The notes under the pieces were generated by a model that worked only from the letters and a program-made list of their open reading frames with translations, did not search any database and had not been told where the DNA came from. The translations under genes and the position numbers were made by a program. From an uncultured archaeon (lineage in GTDB: Archaea; Altiarchaeota; Altiarchaeia; IMC4; SCGC-AAA252-I15): a DNA stretch of 44,929 nucleotides. The stretch is from the NCBI GenBank assembly GCA_902384455.1, contig CABMCB010000090.1, positions 1-44,929 on the forward strand, written 5' to 3'. Shown piece by piece: positions 36,848 to 44,929 of the stretch; the first letter of the stretch is position 1; every line of letters starts with the position of its first letter.

Positions 36848-37423
36848 GGCCATGTAAGGGTTCGTCTGCTTCTGTTCTCCTATCGTGGACGAGGGGCGCC
36901 AGCCGTAGTCGTGGCCCGGATAAACTATTGTGCCGTCGGGCAGTTGCGCAAGTCGCTTAAGGCTTTTTCTCATCACATCAACATCGCCTCCCGGCAGATC
37001 CGCGCGGCCTACGCCGTCCACGAAAAGCAGGTCTCCCGTGAACAGCGCATTCTCTTTCCGTATGTAATAGCATATGTGGTGGGGTTCGTGGCCTGGAGTA
37101 AAAAGGCATTCGACTTCGATGCCGCCGACATTATATTTGCTTCCGTCATCTGCGTATTCGTCCGCTTTGACCTGCGAACCCGTGTGGGCGACGACTTTAG
37201 CCCCAGTTTTCTTTCGGACTTCCTGATAGCCGCCTGTGTGGTCGAAGTGGCCGTGGGTTATGAATACGTACTGGATTTTAACGCCCTCTGTATTGGCCGC
37301 TGCAATAAGAGCATCCACGTCGCCTCCGGGGTCCACGCACCCTCCAACCTTCATACTCTCATCCCAAAACAAATAATTCCAGTTAGAATCAAATCCGCCT
37401 AAATCAAGCTGAAGAAGACGCAT
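36839..37423 (-). CDS. Metallo-beta-lactamase-fold hydrolase (glyoxalase II-like)
   Basis: THGHFDH, TPGH, FTGD, GRADLPGG, PGHDYG. Confidence 0.9.
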   Translation of the reverse strand: MRLLQLDLGGFDSNWNYLFWDESMKVGGCVDPGGDVDALIAAANTEGVKIQYVFITHGHFDHTGGYQEVRKKTGAKVVAHTGSQVKADEYADDGSKYNVGGIEVECLFTPGHEPHHICYYIRKENALFTGDLLFVDGVGRADLPGGDVDVMRKSLKRLAQLPDGTIVYPGHDYGWRPSSTIGEQKQTNPYMALL

Positions 37424-37559
37424 TTTGGATGTTCTAGGTAGTCTTTTGGTTAGTACGTTGAATAAGTTTGTGTTTTTGTTGTCCGATGTAAGTTTTTCTT
37501 TTAATACCTGTTTGCTTTTAAGCGCGAATGTATATTCATATATTCACTTTATTGAAAGT

Positions 37560-37970
37560 ATGAAACTATTGATGTTTGATTCCCCGGAGTTCTGGTATAA
37601 AACATTCAGCAGAACAGTGGAGAACATAGAGGAAGTCAACAAGGAGCATAGAATTGAAAACGCAGTAGTCGTCTTCCTCCAGTCCGAAAAAGACGACGAA
37701 AGCAGAAGGGACGGCGTCCTCAAGGAAGCCGCCGGAAACATCATATGGCTTGCCAAGAAAGTCGGCAGAACAAAAATACTCCTACACTCCTTCGCACACC
37801 TGTCAGACAGCAAATCAAGCATAGAATTCGCGCAGGAGACCATCAACTCGCTAAAAGAGAAACTAACGGAAAAAGGCTTTGAAACGGATACCACACCCTT
37901 CGGGCATTTCCTGGAGTTCAAGATACATGTCAGCGGACAATCGCTGGCGAAAGTATGGAAAAACATATGA
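37560..37970 (+). CDS. Free-standing archaeal-type threonyl-tRNA synthetase editing-domain protein
   Basis: MKLLMF..F.YK, VVVFLQSE.DDE, LHSFAHLS, TPFG..EFKIHVSG.SLA. No catalytic domain. Confidence 0.8.
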   Translation: MKLLMFDSPEFWYKTFSRTVENIEEVNKEHRIENAVVVFLQSEKDDESRRDGVLKEAAGNIIWLAKKVGRTKILLHSFAHLSDSKSSIEFAQETINSLKEKLTEKGFETDTTPFGHFLEFKIHVSGQSLAKVWKNI

Positions 37971-37979
37971 GGTGAAAAA

Positions 37980-38312
37980 ATGAACGACAAAAGAGTGTAC
38001 GAGCTTCACGCGGACGTCTGCAAGACCATGTCCAACCCCAAAAGGCTGGAAATAATAAACCTCCTACGAAACGGAGAAATGTCCGTGGAGGAACTGGCCT
38101 CAAAAATGGATATTCGTACGGCCAACCTGTCGCAGCACCTGGCGGTCATGCGAAACAAGAAAATCGTCGAAACCCGCAGGAACGGCCTTAAAGTCTACTA
38201 CAAAATAGCCAACCCGAAGGTTGTGAAGGCCTGCGACATCATGCGGGAAGTCCTGATGGAACAGCTGGCTGACGGACAAAAGTTCATGGAAAAAATAAAA
38301 AACAACGGGTAG
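37980..38312 (+). CDS. ArsR/SmtB-family transcriptional regulator
   Basis: KTMSNPKRLEII, SVEEL, NLSQHL, RRNG..VYY. GAGGTGA RBS. Confidence 0.92.
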   Translation: MNDKRVYELHADVCKTMSNPKRLEIINLLRNGEMSVEELASKMDIRTANLSQHLAVMRNKKIVETRRNGLKVYYKIANPKVVKACDIMREVLMEQLADGQKFMEKIKNNG

Positions 38313-38320
38313 GGTAAAAG

Positions 38321-38947
38321 ATGAAAAAGATTCTATTTGCGATGGCAGTTACCCTGCTTTTTACAGTAGCACTGGTTAGCGGCCAAGGGATGATGGGTGG
38401 CGTGCAGGTGACTGCCAAAGAGGTAAATCAAACGAAACAGGAGGAAGCTGAAGGCTTAGAAATCTGGACTAAGCTTCAGAGTAGGGAAATCTTGTGCGGT
38501 AACCTCACCGATGAACAGTACGAGCTTCTAGGAGAATATTTCATGGGCCAGTCAGCAGGAGACTACCATGCGGCTATGAACAAAAGGATGCAGCAGATGA
38601 TGGGCGAAACTGGTGAGGAACAGATGCACATATCCATGGGCAAACAATACAGCGGATGCAATCAGACTGCTTACATTCAAGGAAACTGGAATTCAGGACC
38701 GATGATGACCGGCGGAACGTGGCCTGGAATGATGGGATACGGAAGCTACGGCATTTTGGGCCTTATTTGGATAGGGCTCTGGGTGCTAGTTCTTATGGGG
38801 CTGGTAGTGCTCATAATCTGGCTCTACAAAAAAACCAGCGGAAAAACGCTAGGACAAACGCCTATTGAGATACTGGGGGCAAGATATGCGAAAGGCGAAT
38901 TGACTAAAAAGCAATATGAAGACATGAAAAAGGAGATGGGTGATTGA
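38321..38947 (+). CDS. Membrane protein with a Met/Gly-rich extracellular domain and a C-terminal SHOCT domain
   Basis: Signal peptide, MMG motifs, HAAMN..MH, two Cys, TM helix, PIEILGARYAKGELTKKQY. Confidence 0.8.
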   Translation: MKKILFAMAVTLLFTVALVSGQGMMGGVQVTAKEVNQTKQEEAEGLEIWTKLQSREILCGNLTDEQYELLGEYFMGQSAGDYHAAMNKRMQQMMGETGEEQMHISMGKQYSGCNQTAYIQGNWNSGPMMTGGTWPGMMGYGSYGILGLIWIGLWVLVLMGLVVLIIWLYKKTSGKTLGQTPIEILGARYAKGELTKKQYEDMKKEMGD

Positions 38948-39128
38948 GATGGTCTTTATGATAATCCTTCTGGTACTAGTCGTGTGGGCCCTATACTGGT
39001 TGTGGAAGAACCAGACGCTTACCTTACCCGCACGACAGGAGACGCCGCTGGAAATAGCCAAGAAACGATACGCTAAAGGAGAGATAACAAAGAAGCAATT
39101 TGAAGATATGAAAAACAATCTGGGGTGA
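38940..39128 (+). CDS. Small TM plus SHOCT-domain protein
   Basis: TM helix, then PLEIAKKRYAKGEITKKQF. Confidence 0.8.
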   Translation: MIEMVFMIILLVLVVWALYWLWKNQTLTLPARQETPLEIAKKRYAKGEITKKQFEDMKNNLG

Positions 39129-39133
39129 AAAAC

Positions 39134-39457
39134 ATGAAAATAGGTGTTATACTGGCGACAAACGAGCATGAGACGGCGTGGAATGCGTTTCGCTTCGGCG
39201 TGACTGCATTAGGTGCCGGACACAACGTCAAAATATTCCTGACCGGAAAAGGCGTTGAAGCTTCCGACATTAAAGACGAGAAATTCAACGTCAAAGAGCA
39301 GACTGACAAATTCATCGCAGCAGGCGGTTCCATGCTCGCGTGCGGAACATGCCTAAAGTCAAGAAACAAGGACGGCACAGAAACCTGCCCGCTATCAACC
39401 ATGAAAGACATGCTCAAACTCATAGAAGAATCTGATAAAGTACTGACATTCGGCTGA
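39134..39457 (+). CDS. DsrE/DsrF-like protein
   Basis: WNAFRF, IFLTGKGVE, ACGTCLKSR, CPLSTM, DKVLTF. Confidence 0.85.
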   Translation: MKIGVILATNEHETAWNAFRFGVTALGAGHNVKIFLTGKGVEASDIKDEKFNVKEQTDKFIAAGGSMLACGTCLKSRNKDGTETCPLSTMKDMLKLIEESDKVLTFG

Positions 39458-39460
39458 AGT

Positions 39461-40027
39461 ATGAAAGTCTCTGAATCCGGGATGCCCGAAAAAGACTACT
39501 GGGAATCCTTCTTCAAACCCAAAGAAACACTCGCCAAACTAGGCCTCACTCCGAAAGCAAAGGACGTCGTGGACGTAGGCTCAGGATACGGCACATTCAC
39601 ATTGCCGGCGGCAGCCATAGTTTCGGGTGTGGTTTATGCGTATGACGTTGAGGCGGAGATGATAAGTGCGCTTGAGGGGCGCGCTAAGACGGCTGGCGTC
39701 AAAAACGTAAGGTGTGTGCTGCGCGACGTGATAGAAGAGGGTACGGGACTATCGGACAAATCAGTTGACTATGTAATGCTGTTTAACATCCTCCACGGCA
39801 GTCAAAGAAAAGCACTTCTTGCGGAAGCGTTTAGAATCCTCACGCCAGCAGGCAAGGCCGGCGTACTCCACTGGAATTTCGACCCAAATACTCCGCGCGG
39901 GCCGCCGATGCATCTGCGCTCAAAGCCCCCTGAAATAATTCTAGAGGCTGAAGCTATAGGATTCAGAGCAGGGAAAATAATTGATGTTCCGCCGTACCAC
40001 TACGGCATAATACTGGAAAAACCATAG
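39461..40027 (+). CDS. Class I SAM-dependent methyltransferase
   Basis: VDVGSGYGTF, VYAYD, EAFRIL.P.G, TPRGPP. Confidence 0.88.
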   Translation: MKVSESGMPEKDYWESFFKPKETLAKLGLTPKAKDVVDVGSGYGTFTLPAAAIVSGVVYAYDVEAEMISALEGRAKTAGVKNVRCVLRDVIEEGTGLSDKSVDYVMLFNILHGSQRKALLAEAFRILTPAGKAGVLHWNFDPNTPRGPPMHLRSKPPEIILEAEAIGFRAGKIIDVPPYHYGIILEKP

Positions 40028-40059
40028 TAGCATGTAACTCATTTTGCTTGGTGTCAACA

Positions 40060-40644
40060 ATGAAGGCTTTGGTTTTGGATTTGAGCGGCGTCGTTTTTGT
40101 TGAGGCGAGTTTAATAAGGAAAACGCTTTACCCGATGCTCCCTTCAGGCGCGCCTCATTATGATACCGTCAAGGCGGCTTACCTAAACTTAAGTCTAGGA
40201 AAGATTCCTGAAGACGAATTCTGGAGGACAACAGGGGGCGGACCAGAGCTTAAGCAGAGGTTTCTTGACTCAATGCACCTAAACCCCCAAGCCAAACCGC
40301 TGATGGACGAAGCCCGACGCAAAGGCATATTAGTCTGCGCTCTATCCAATCACGTTTCTTCCTGGGTAGATTACCTGTCAGAAAAGTTTTCTCTAAGATG
40401 GGATTATCTTGTAGTCAGTGATGAAGCGGGAGTAAGAAAGCCGGAAAAAGAGATATACGAAATATTCCTTAAGCGGACTGAAATTTCCGCCAAAGACTGC
40501 CTTTTCATAGACGACAAAGCGGATAATCTAGTTGCCGCCCGCGAACTGGGATTCAACTGCGCCCTACTGGAAGACGGGCAACGGCGGCACGATTTCAACC
40601 CGCAAGTCAAGACGCTTACTGAAATACAAAGCATGCTAATTTAA
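40060..40644 (+). CDS. HAD-superfamily phosphatase
   Basis: DLSGV, LSN, KP..IY, FIDD..N motifs. Confidence 0.85.
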   Translation: MKALVLDLSGVVFVEASLIRKTLYPMLPSGAPHYDTVKAAYLNLSLGKIPEDEFWRTTGGGPELKQRFLDSMHLNPQAKPLMDEARRKGILVCALSNHVSSWVDYLSEKFSLRWDYLVVSDEAGVRKPEKEIYEIFLKRTEISAKDCLFIDDKADNLVAARELGFNCALLEDGQRRHDFNPQVKTLTEIQSMLI

Positions 40645-40675
40645 ACGGACTTCTCACATATTACCCAAAGCAACA

Positions 40676-40945
40676 ATGGACGAAGAACCCGGCGGGAAAA
40701 AGCCCAAAACCAAACCTTTCGAGGAACAAGTCAAGGAAGCCATAGGAACGATTCGGCCGTTCATACAGATGGACGGAGGCGACTTGACGCTCGTTAAAAT
40801 CGAAGGAAAAAAGGTTTATGTTACGCTCTCCGGGGCTTGCGTCGGGTGCGCTATGGCTCCAGTCACTCTGACTCAGGGGGTTGAGCGCGTAATAAAAAGC
40901 AAAGTGCCCGAAGTCGAAGAAGTGATTGCGGTAGACTTCATATAA
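40676..40945 (+). CDS. NifU C-terminal (Nfu) domain Fe-S carrier
   Basis: IRPFIQMDGGD, GACVGC. Confidence 0.9.
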   Translation: MDEEPGGKKPKTKPFEEQVKEAIGTIRPFIQMDGGDLTLVKIEGKKVYVTLSGACVGCAMAPVTLTQGVERVIKSKVPEVEEVIAVDFI

Positions 40946-40996
40946 AGTCAGGTCGCATTTAACTCCCAGTTTTCTTACTCTATTATCTGTTTCACG

Positions 40997-41443
40997 GTGG
41001 ACTTTACTTTTGCGGCCGCCGCCGCTTCGGCGACATTCATTTTAGCGGGAATCATAGTCCTACTGATTATCCTTGCGGCGTTGGGCACCGTAGTCTCAGT
41101 CTTCTTCACACTAATCTTCTGGAAGACTCGGAAGCTGATTGTTCCCAGGGCCACGATAGTGCTGCTTAAGGTGCTTGATTTGCCGGTCCGGCTTTCAGTT
41201 TGGGTATTGAAGAAGACGGACGTCTACGAGGAATTCAAGGAGGCACTGTGGATTCACCGCCTGAAAAAGCAGCCCCCGCATGTCGCACCCGTAAAGCCCC
41301 CCTCACGAAAAGAAGCCACTCCCCCCAGGCCGGTTGGGCGGTTATCTTGGATGAGGCATTCCATCCCAAGCTTACTCAGAGGTGTGCCCACATTCATCAG
41401 ATACATAATTTCGACTTTACTACGCCGCCACAAAACAGAGTAA
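40997..41443 (+). CDS. Membrane-anchored hypothetical protein (N-terminus reminiscent of DUF116 anchors)
   Basis: Long hydrophobic N-terminus, then RKLIVPR..LDLPVR. Stop 1 nt before the next ATG. Confidence 0.45.
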   Translation: MDFTFAAAAASATFILAGIIVLLIILAALGTVVSVFFTLIFWKTRKLIVPRATIVLLKVLDLPVRLSVWVLKKTDVYEEFKEALWIHRLKKQPPHVAPVKPPSRKEATPPRPVGRLSWMRHSIPSLLRGVPTFIRYIISTLLRRHKTE

Positions 41444-41444
41444 A

Positions 41445-42530
41445 ATGAAACACCACTACGCAATCGCAGGAGCGGGGCCGGCAGGACTGGCCGCCGCAAG
41501 CGCGCTTGCCGATGCGGGAGCGAAAGTCACGATATACGAGAAGTCTGCGGGAAGCAGGTTTTCCGGATGCTACCAGATAATTGAAAACTACCGGCAAAAC
41601 GAGGACGCCCGCGACTTCCTGCGCCGCATGGGATTCACGACGCCATCATTCTTCATCCCAAACCACGAGATGACATTCCATACGCCAGGAGGTCAAGTCA
41701 AGACGAAAAGCAAAAAACCCTACGCATACTTCATAAAAAGAGGAATGGAAGAAGACGCATTCGACAGAAGCCTAATGCAGCAGGCGCAGGAAAAAGGCGT
41801 CAGAATCCTCTTCAACCACCCCTCTCCAAAAGAAGTCGACATAGCCGCAACCGGGCCATACGGCGCAGAAGGATTCAGCATGGAAGCAGTATTTGACACA
41901 GACCAGAAAGACGGCTACCACACGCTATTTAACCCGGCAATCGCACCAGGAGGATACGGCTACCTATTCATAATCAAAGGAAAAGCCACCCTCGGATGCG
42001 CAGTAACGACCGGAAGAAAAAACCTCCCCCACTACTACAAATGCGTATGGGACTACTTCAGAGAAAACATAAAATTCAACCACCAAAAACGCATAGTCAC
42101 AACAAACTTCATGAACTTCTACCTACCCAAAACCGCCCAATTAAACGGCGTACTATACGCCGGAGAAGCAGCGGGAATACAAGACTACACATTCGGCATA
42201 GGAATCCGCAAAGCCATGCTATCCGGCCACCTAGCAGCAAAATCCCTCATAGAAAAATCCGACTACGACACCCTATGGAAAAAAGAAATCCAACCCGGCA
42301 TGGAATCAGACCTCGTAAACCGCTACCTCATAGAAAAATTCGGAAGCATACTATGGCGAACCCTACCCCGCACACTAACAAACAAAGACCTGCGCGAATT
42401 CGGCTTTTATCTCCATAATCCCCAAAATGTTAAACGGCTCCTACTACCCTGGGTAAAATGGCGGTGGAAAAGCAAAACACCCCGCTACGACCCACAACGC
42501 ACAGAGTGGAGCCGAAAAAAGGTTGAGTGA
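41445..42530 (+). CDS. FAD-dependent oxidoreductase, geranylgeranyl reductase-like
   Basis: IAGAGPAGLAAA, IYEK, ATG, APGGYGYLF, GEAAG.QD..FG.GI..AMLSG.LAA. Confidence 0.8.
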   Translation: MKHHYAIAGAGPAGLAAASALADAGAKVTIYEKSAGSRFSGCYQIIENYRQNEDARDFLRRMGFTTPSFFIPNHEMTFHTPGGQVKTKSKKPYAYFIKRGMEEDAFDRSLMQQAQEKGVRILFNHPSPKEVDIAATGPYGAEGFSMEAVFDTDQKDGYHTLFNPAIAPGGYGYLFIIKGKATLGCAVTTGRKNLPHYYKCVWDYFRENIKFNHQKRIVTTNFMNFYLPKTAQLNGVLYAGEAAGIQDYTFGIGIRKAMLSGHLAAKSLIEKSDYDTLWKKEIQPGMESDLVNRYLIEKFGSILWRTLPRTLTNKDLREFGFYLHNPQNVKRLLLPWVKWRWKSKTPRYDPQRTEWSRKKVE

Positions 42531-43417
42531 TGGAGACAACGCTAACATTAGCCCACAAGCCATACGAAGGCAACCTAACAAACGCATACCAATACTGCAG
42601 AAACGTCGCGCAAGCACGCGGCCCAAACTTCAGCCTAGGATTCAGCTTTCTACCAGCCCAAAAAAGAGACGCAGTATACGCAGTATACGCGTTCAGCCGC
42701 TACGCAGACGACATAGTCGACGAAAAACACGACATGAACGTTTCAACGCGACTAGACCTATGGGAAGACGCCCTACACCGACTATACGAAGGCGAATTCG
42801 ACCACCCCGTAACAGCAGCAATGGCCGACGCCGTCAAAGGCTACCACATACCCAAGAAGCCGTTTTTAGACCTGATTGAAGGCTGCAGGATGGATTTGCG
42901 CAAAAACAGGTACAGCGACTTTTCTGACCTTTATACTTACTGCGAGAAAGTCGCCTCCACAATAAGCGTGATGAGCCTGTGCATATTCGGCTACAAAAGC
43001 GAAGACGCATTCCACTACGGAGAAAGCCTGTCAACCGCCCTGCAACTAACAAACATAATCCGAGACGTAGGCGAAGACGCAGAAAGAAACCGCATATACC
43101 TCCCTCAAGACGAACTAAAGAAGTTCGGCCTAACCGACGCCGACATCCTGAATAAGACTTATGACGAACGCTTCATCCGCCTAATGGACTACCAGACGAA
43201 GCGCGCCCTATCCTACTTTAAGGACGCAAACAATCTCATCCCACTCATAAACGACGACAGCGCCTACTGCGTAGCGCTAATGGGTTCGGTTTACGTCGGA
43301 GTGCTAAAGCAGATAGAGAAAAACCGCTTCAACGTCTACTCAAAAAAAGCGCGCATATCGCCCGCACGCAAAGCCCTACTTGTCGCAAGAAAAACGGTGA
43401 ACCCCCTGTTCATTTAG
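42530..43417 (+). CDS. Squalene/phytoene synthase family (CrtB/HpnD-like)
   Basis: NFSLGF, YAFSRYADDIVD, YCEKVA, ALQLTNIIRDVGED, RIYLP. Confidence 0.92.
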   Translation: METTLTLAHKPYEGNLTNAYQYCRNVAQARGPNFSLGFSFLPAQKRDAVYAVYAFSRYADDIVDEKHDMNVSTRLDLWEDALHRLYEGEFDHPVTAAMADAVKGYHIPKKPFLDLIEGCRMDLRKNRYSDFSDLYTYCEKVASTISVMSLCIFGYKSEDAFHYGESLSTALQLTNIIRDVGEDAERNRIYLPQDELKKFGLTDADILNKTYDERFIRLMDYQTKRALSYFKDANNLIPLINDDSAYCVALMGSVYVGVLKQIEKNRFNVYSKKARISPARKALLVARKTVNPLFI

Positions 43418-43457
43418 CGTAAAACGATAATTAACCGCAAAATTCCTATTCTTACTC

Positions 43458-44672
43458 ATGCCTGAGGTGGAGTATCACGGCCCCAAAAAAGGGTCGCCTC
43501 ACGTTCCGGATTTCATCCACGGCGGGCTGTTTGCCAACCAGCAGGCGGCAGTAGACGACGTTGCGGCGCAGGTTCCTTCTTCGCGAATAGGCCTCTATGA
43601 GTTCAACAGGAAGCTGAGGGATTATTGGGATCACTCTGAATCCTTTCCTCCAATATTGCCTGACGGAAAAATAGGTGCTGAAGAGGGAAGCCCCGTCCAT
43701 GCGGCAACACTCCCACTCGGAAGCAGATACCGGGTGGATTATGTTCCTTCATTTGGATTGCCCTTCTTCAAGCTATTTTTAGTGGCACAAGAAGGCACGA
43801 GCAGAGACCTGGCTTGTGTCAAATTCAGCCCATTCTCCCCCCCTCCATACGAGATAGCAACAAGCCAAGAACTAAACTGGCCTGCAGCGCGCCCTATGAC
43901 AGACGCGGAAGAAACATTCGTTCAAACGGCAGCGAAAGCAGTTTCAGAAAAACTGGCGACAGTATTCTCCCTCCCGGAAAACGCCGTACTTTCAAGGGGC
44001 ATAAACCCCTCTTTCGGAAGCATAGAAGAAGACGCAAGGCTTCTTACTGCAGTCGCCGGCGCAATCAACCCCACTTCTGTGGCAAACCTTAAGGAAACAG
44101 CTAAAATACAGCCCACAATCCCGCTTGACGCTGAATTCGGACTTAGGCTCGTGTTGACTGGGTCAAGCGACTACACCCACGGAGACGTAGAGGGCGGAGT
44201 AACCCTCCAGATAACAAGAGGAACCATAGTCGCAGGATACCAGACAATCAAGTTCGAGAACGATTCCGGATGGACGATTACGACCGACGTCCACGAGCAC
44301 TTCCGCCAGCGCGGATTCTCAACGTTCCTCACGAGAGCAACCACATCGCTATCACAAAAGATAGCCGACAACACAGAAGGACGTGAAATGCATGCTGTGC
44401 AGTCAGACCCCACTTCCCCGTTCACCGTGGCCCGCCTAACCCGGCTCGGATGGTCCCAAAGCGGAAACTGGCAATGCCCCCTGGGAGAAATAAAGCACAT
44501 AATGAACTACGCGGACGACCACCCGCAGGAAAAAACGGAAATATACGACAGACTCCTGGGCGGAATACTAACCCACGCAGCAGGCCTCTATGAGTATTCC
44601 CATGACGGGCGGCATGTTATGGGGTCTCCTAATTCTGGCGATCGTTTGATGGTGTGGAAACCTGCCGTCTAG
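43458..44672 (+). CDS. Hypothetical protein with a possible C-terminal GNAT-like domain
   Basis: 404-aa ORF. DVHEHFRQRGFSTFL resembles GNAT motif A, and LTRLGW resembles motif B. Confidence 0.55.
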   Translation: MPEVEYHGPKKGSPHVPDFIHGGLFANQQAAVDDVAAQVPSSRIGLYEFNRKLRDYWDHSESFPPILPDGKIGAEEGSPVHAATLPLGSRYRVDYVPSFGLPFFKLFLVAQEGTSRDLACVKFSPFSPPPYEIATSQELNWPAARPMTDAEETFVQTAAKAVSEKLATVFSLPENAVLSRGINPSFGSIEEDARLLTAVAGAINPTSVANLKETAKIQPTIPLDAEFGLRLVLTGSSDYTHGDVEGGVTLQITRGTIVAGYQTIKFENDSGWTITTDVHEHFRQRGFSTFLTRATTSLSQKIADNTEGREMHAVQSDPTSPFTVARLTRLGWSQSGNWQCPLGEIKHIMNYADDHPQEKTEIYDRLLGGILTHAAGLYEYSHDGRHVMGSPNSGDRLMVWKPAV

Positions 44673-44734
44673 CCTATTAAACTGTAATGATGCGGCTAAA
44701 ATTATTTTTTAACTCAAAAACAAATCCTTTTTCC

Positions 44735-44929
44735 ATGGTCAACGGCGATAAGTACGTTGTCGTAGCAGCTTACGGCGGAAACGACGAAGCGCTATACATT
44801 GGGCTTAGGAGCTTCAGCACGGAGAAACTCATACTTCTTGTTCCTGAAAAAAAGCAAAAAGACCCCCAAAAAACGCTTAAGGACTTGGAGAAATTCAGGA
44901 TACCCGTATCAATTGAAAAAATAAGGGAA
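44735..44929 (+). CDS. N-terminus of a possible DUF6293/CARF-like-fold regulator, running off the window
   Basis: Open 65 codons: MVNGDKYVVVAAYGGNDEALYIGLRSFSTEKLILLVPE..LEKFRIPV. TATA-like element upstream. Confidence 0.5.
   Translation, partial: MVNGDKYVVVAAYGGNDEALYIGLRSFSTEKLILLVPEKKQKDPQKTLKDLEKFRIPVSIEKIRE

Noticed and set aside
37425-37559. 45-aa N-terminal extension of the editing-domain ORF
   Set aside because: It starts at TTG in an AT-rich divergent promoter region. Family similarity begins at ATG 37560.
41200-41448. Frameshifted continuation of a DUF116 protein
   Set aside because: I found no DUF116-like Cys motif in the listed alternative frame.

Overview
Gene-dense chromosomal window from an archaeon. 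Evidence: a proteasome/exosome superoperon, RpoP, archaeal Adk, GuaAB, a free-standing archaeal-type ThrRS editing domain, and TATA boxes in front of apparently leaderless genes. A DPANN-affiliated lineage such as Altiarchaeota is an inference from gene content only. Contents: cell-surface genes (CARDB protein, two GT-C-like glycosyltransferases, a VirB2/TrbC-like pilin with a Cys-repeat protein, and a beta-propeller plus helical-repeat pair); an fbp/fba/pfkB cluster; ADP-forming acetyl-CoA synthetase; R15P isomerase; tRNA-Val(TAC); scpA with an unlisted 50-aa Zn-finger ORF; an N-terminal-only NFACT/RqcH; psmA-SBDS-rrp4-rrp41-rrp42-rpl37ae-rpoP-pcc1-pfdB; glyS; galT; nucleotide house-cleaning genes; a ThrRS-editing/ArsR/SHOCT/DsrE cassette; a flavin reductase plus squalene/phytoene synthase pair; and several orphans. 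No CRISPR array, rRNA or recognisable mobile element was seen. Most notable: an in-frame TAG directly followed by ATG in rrp41, a patchwork of A/C versus G/T skew that flips independently of gene orientation, the ThrRS-editing cassette, the three-helix-repeat surface pair, and a hairpin in the psmA leader. All family assignments come from reading motifs; no searches were run.
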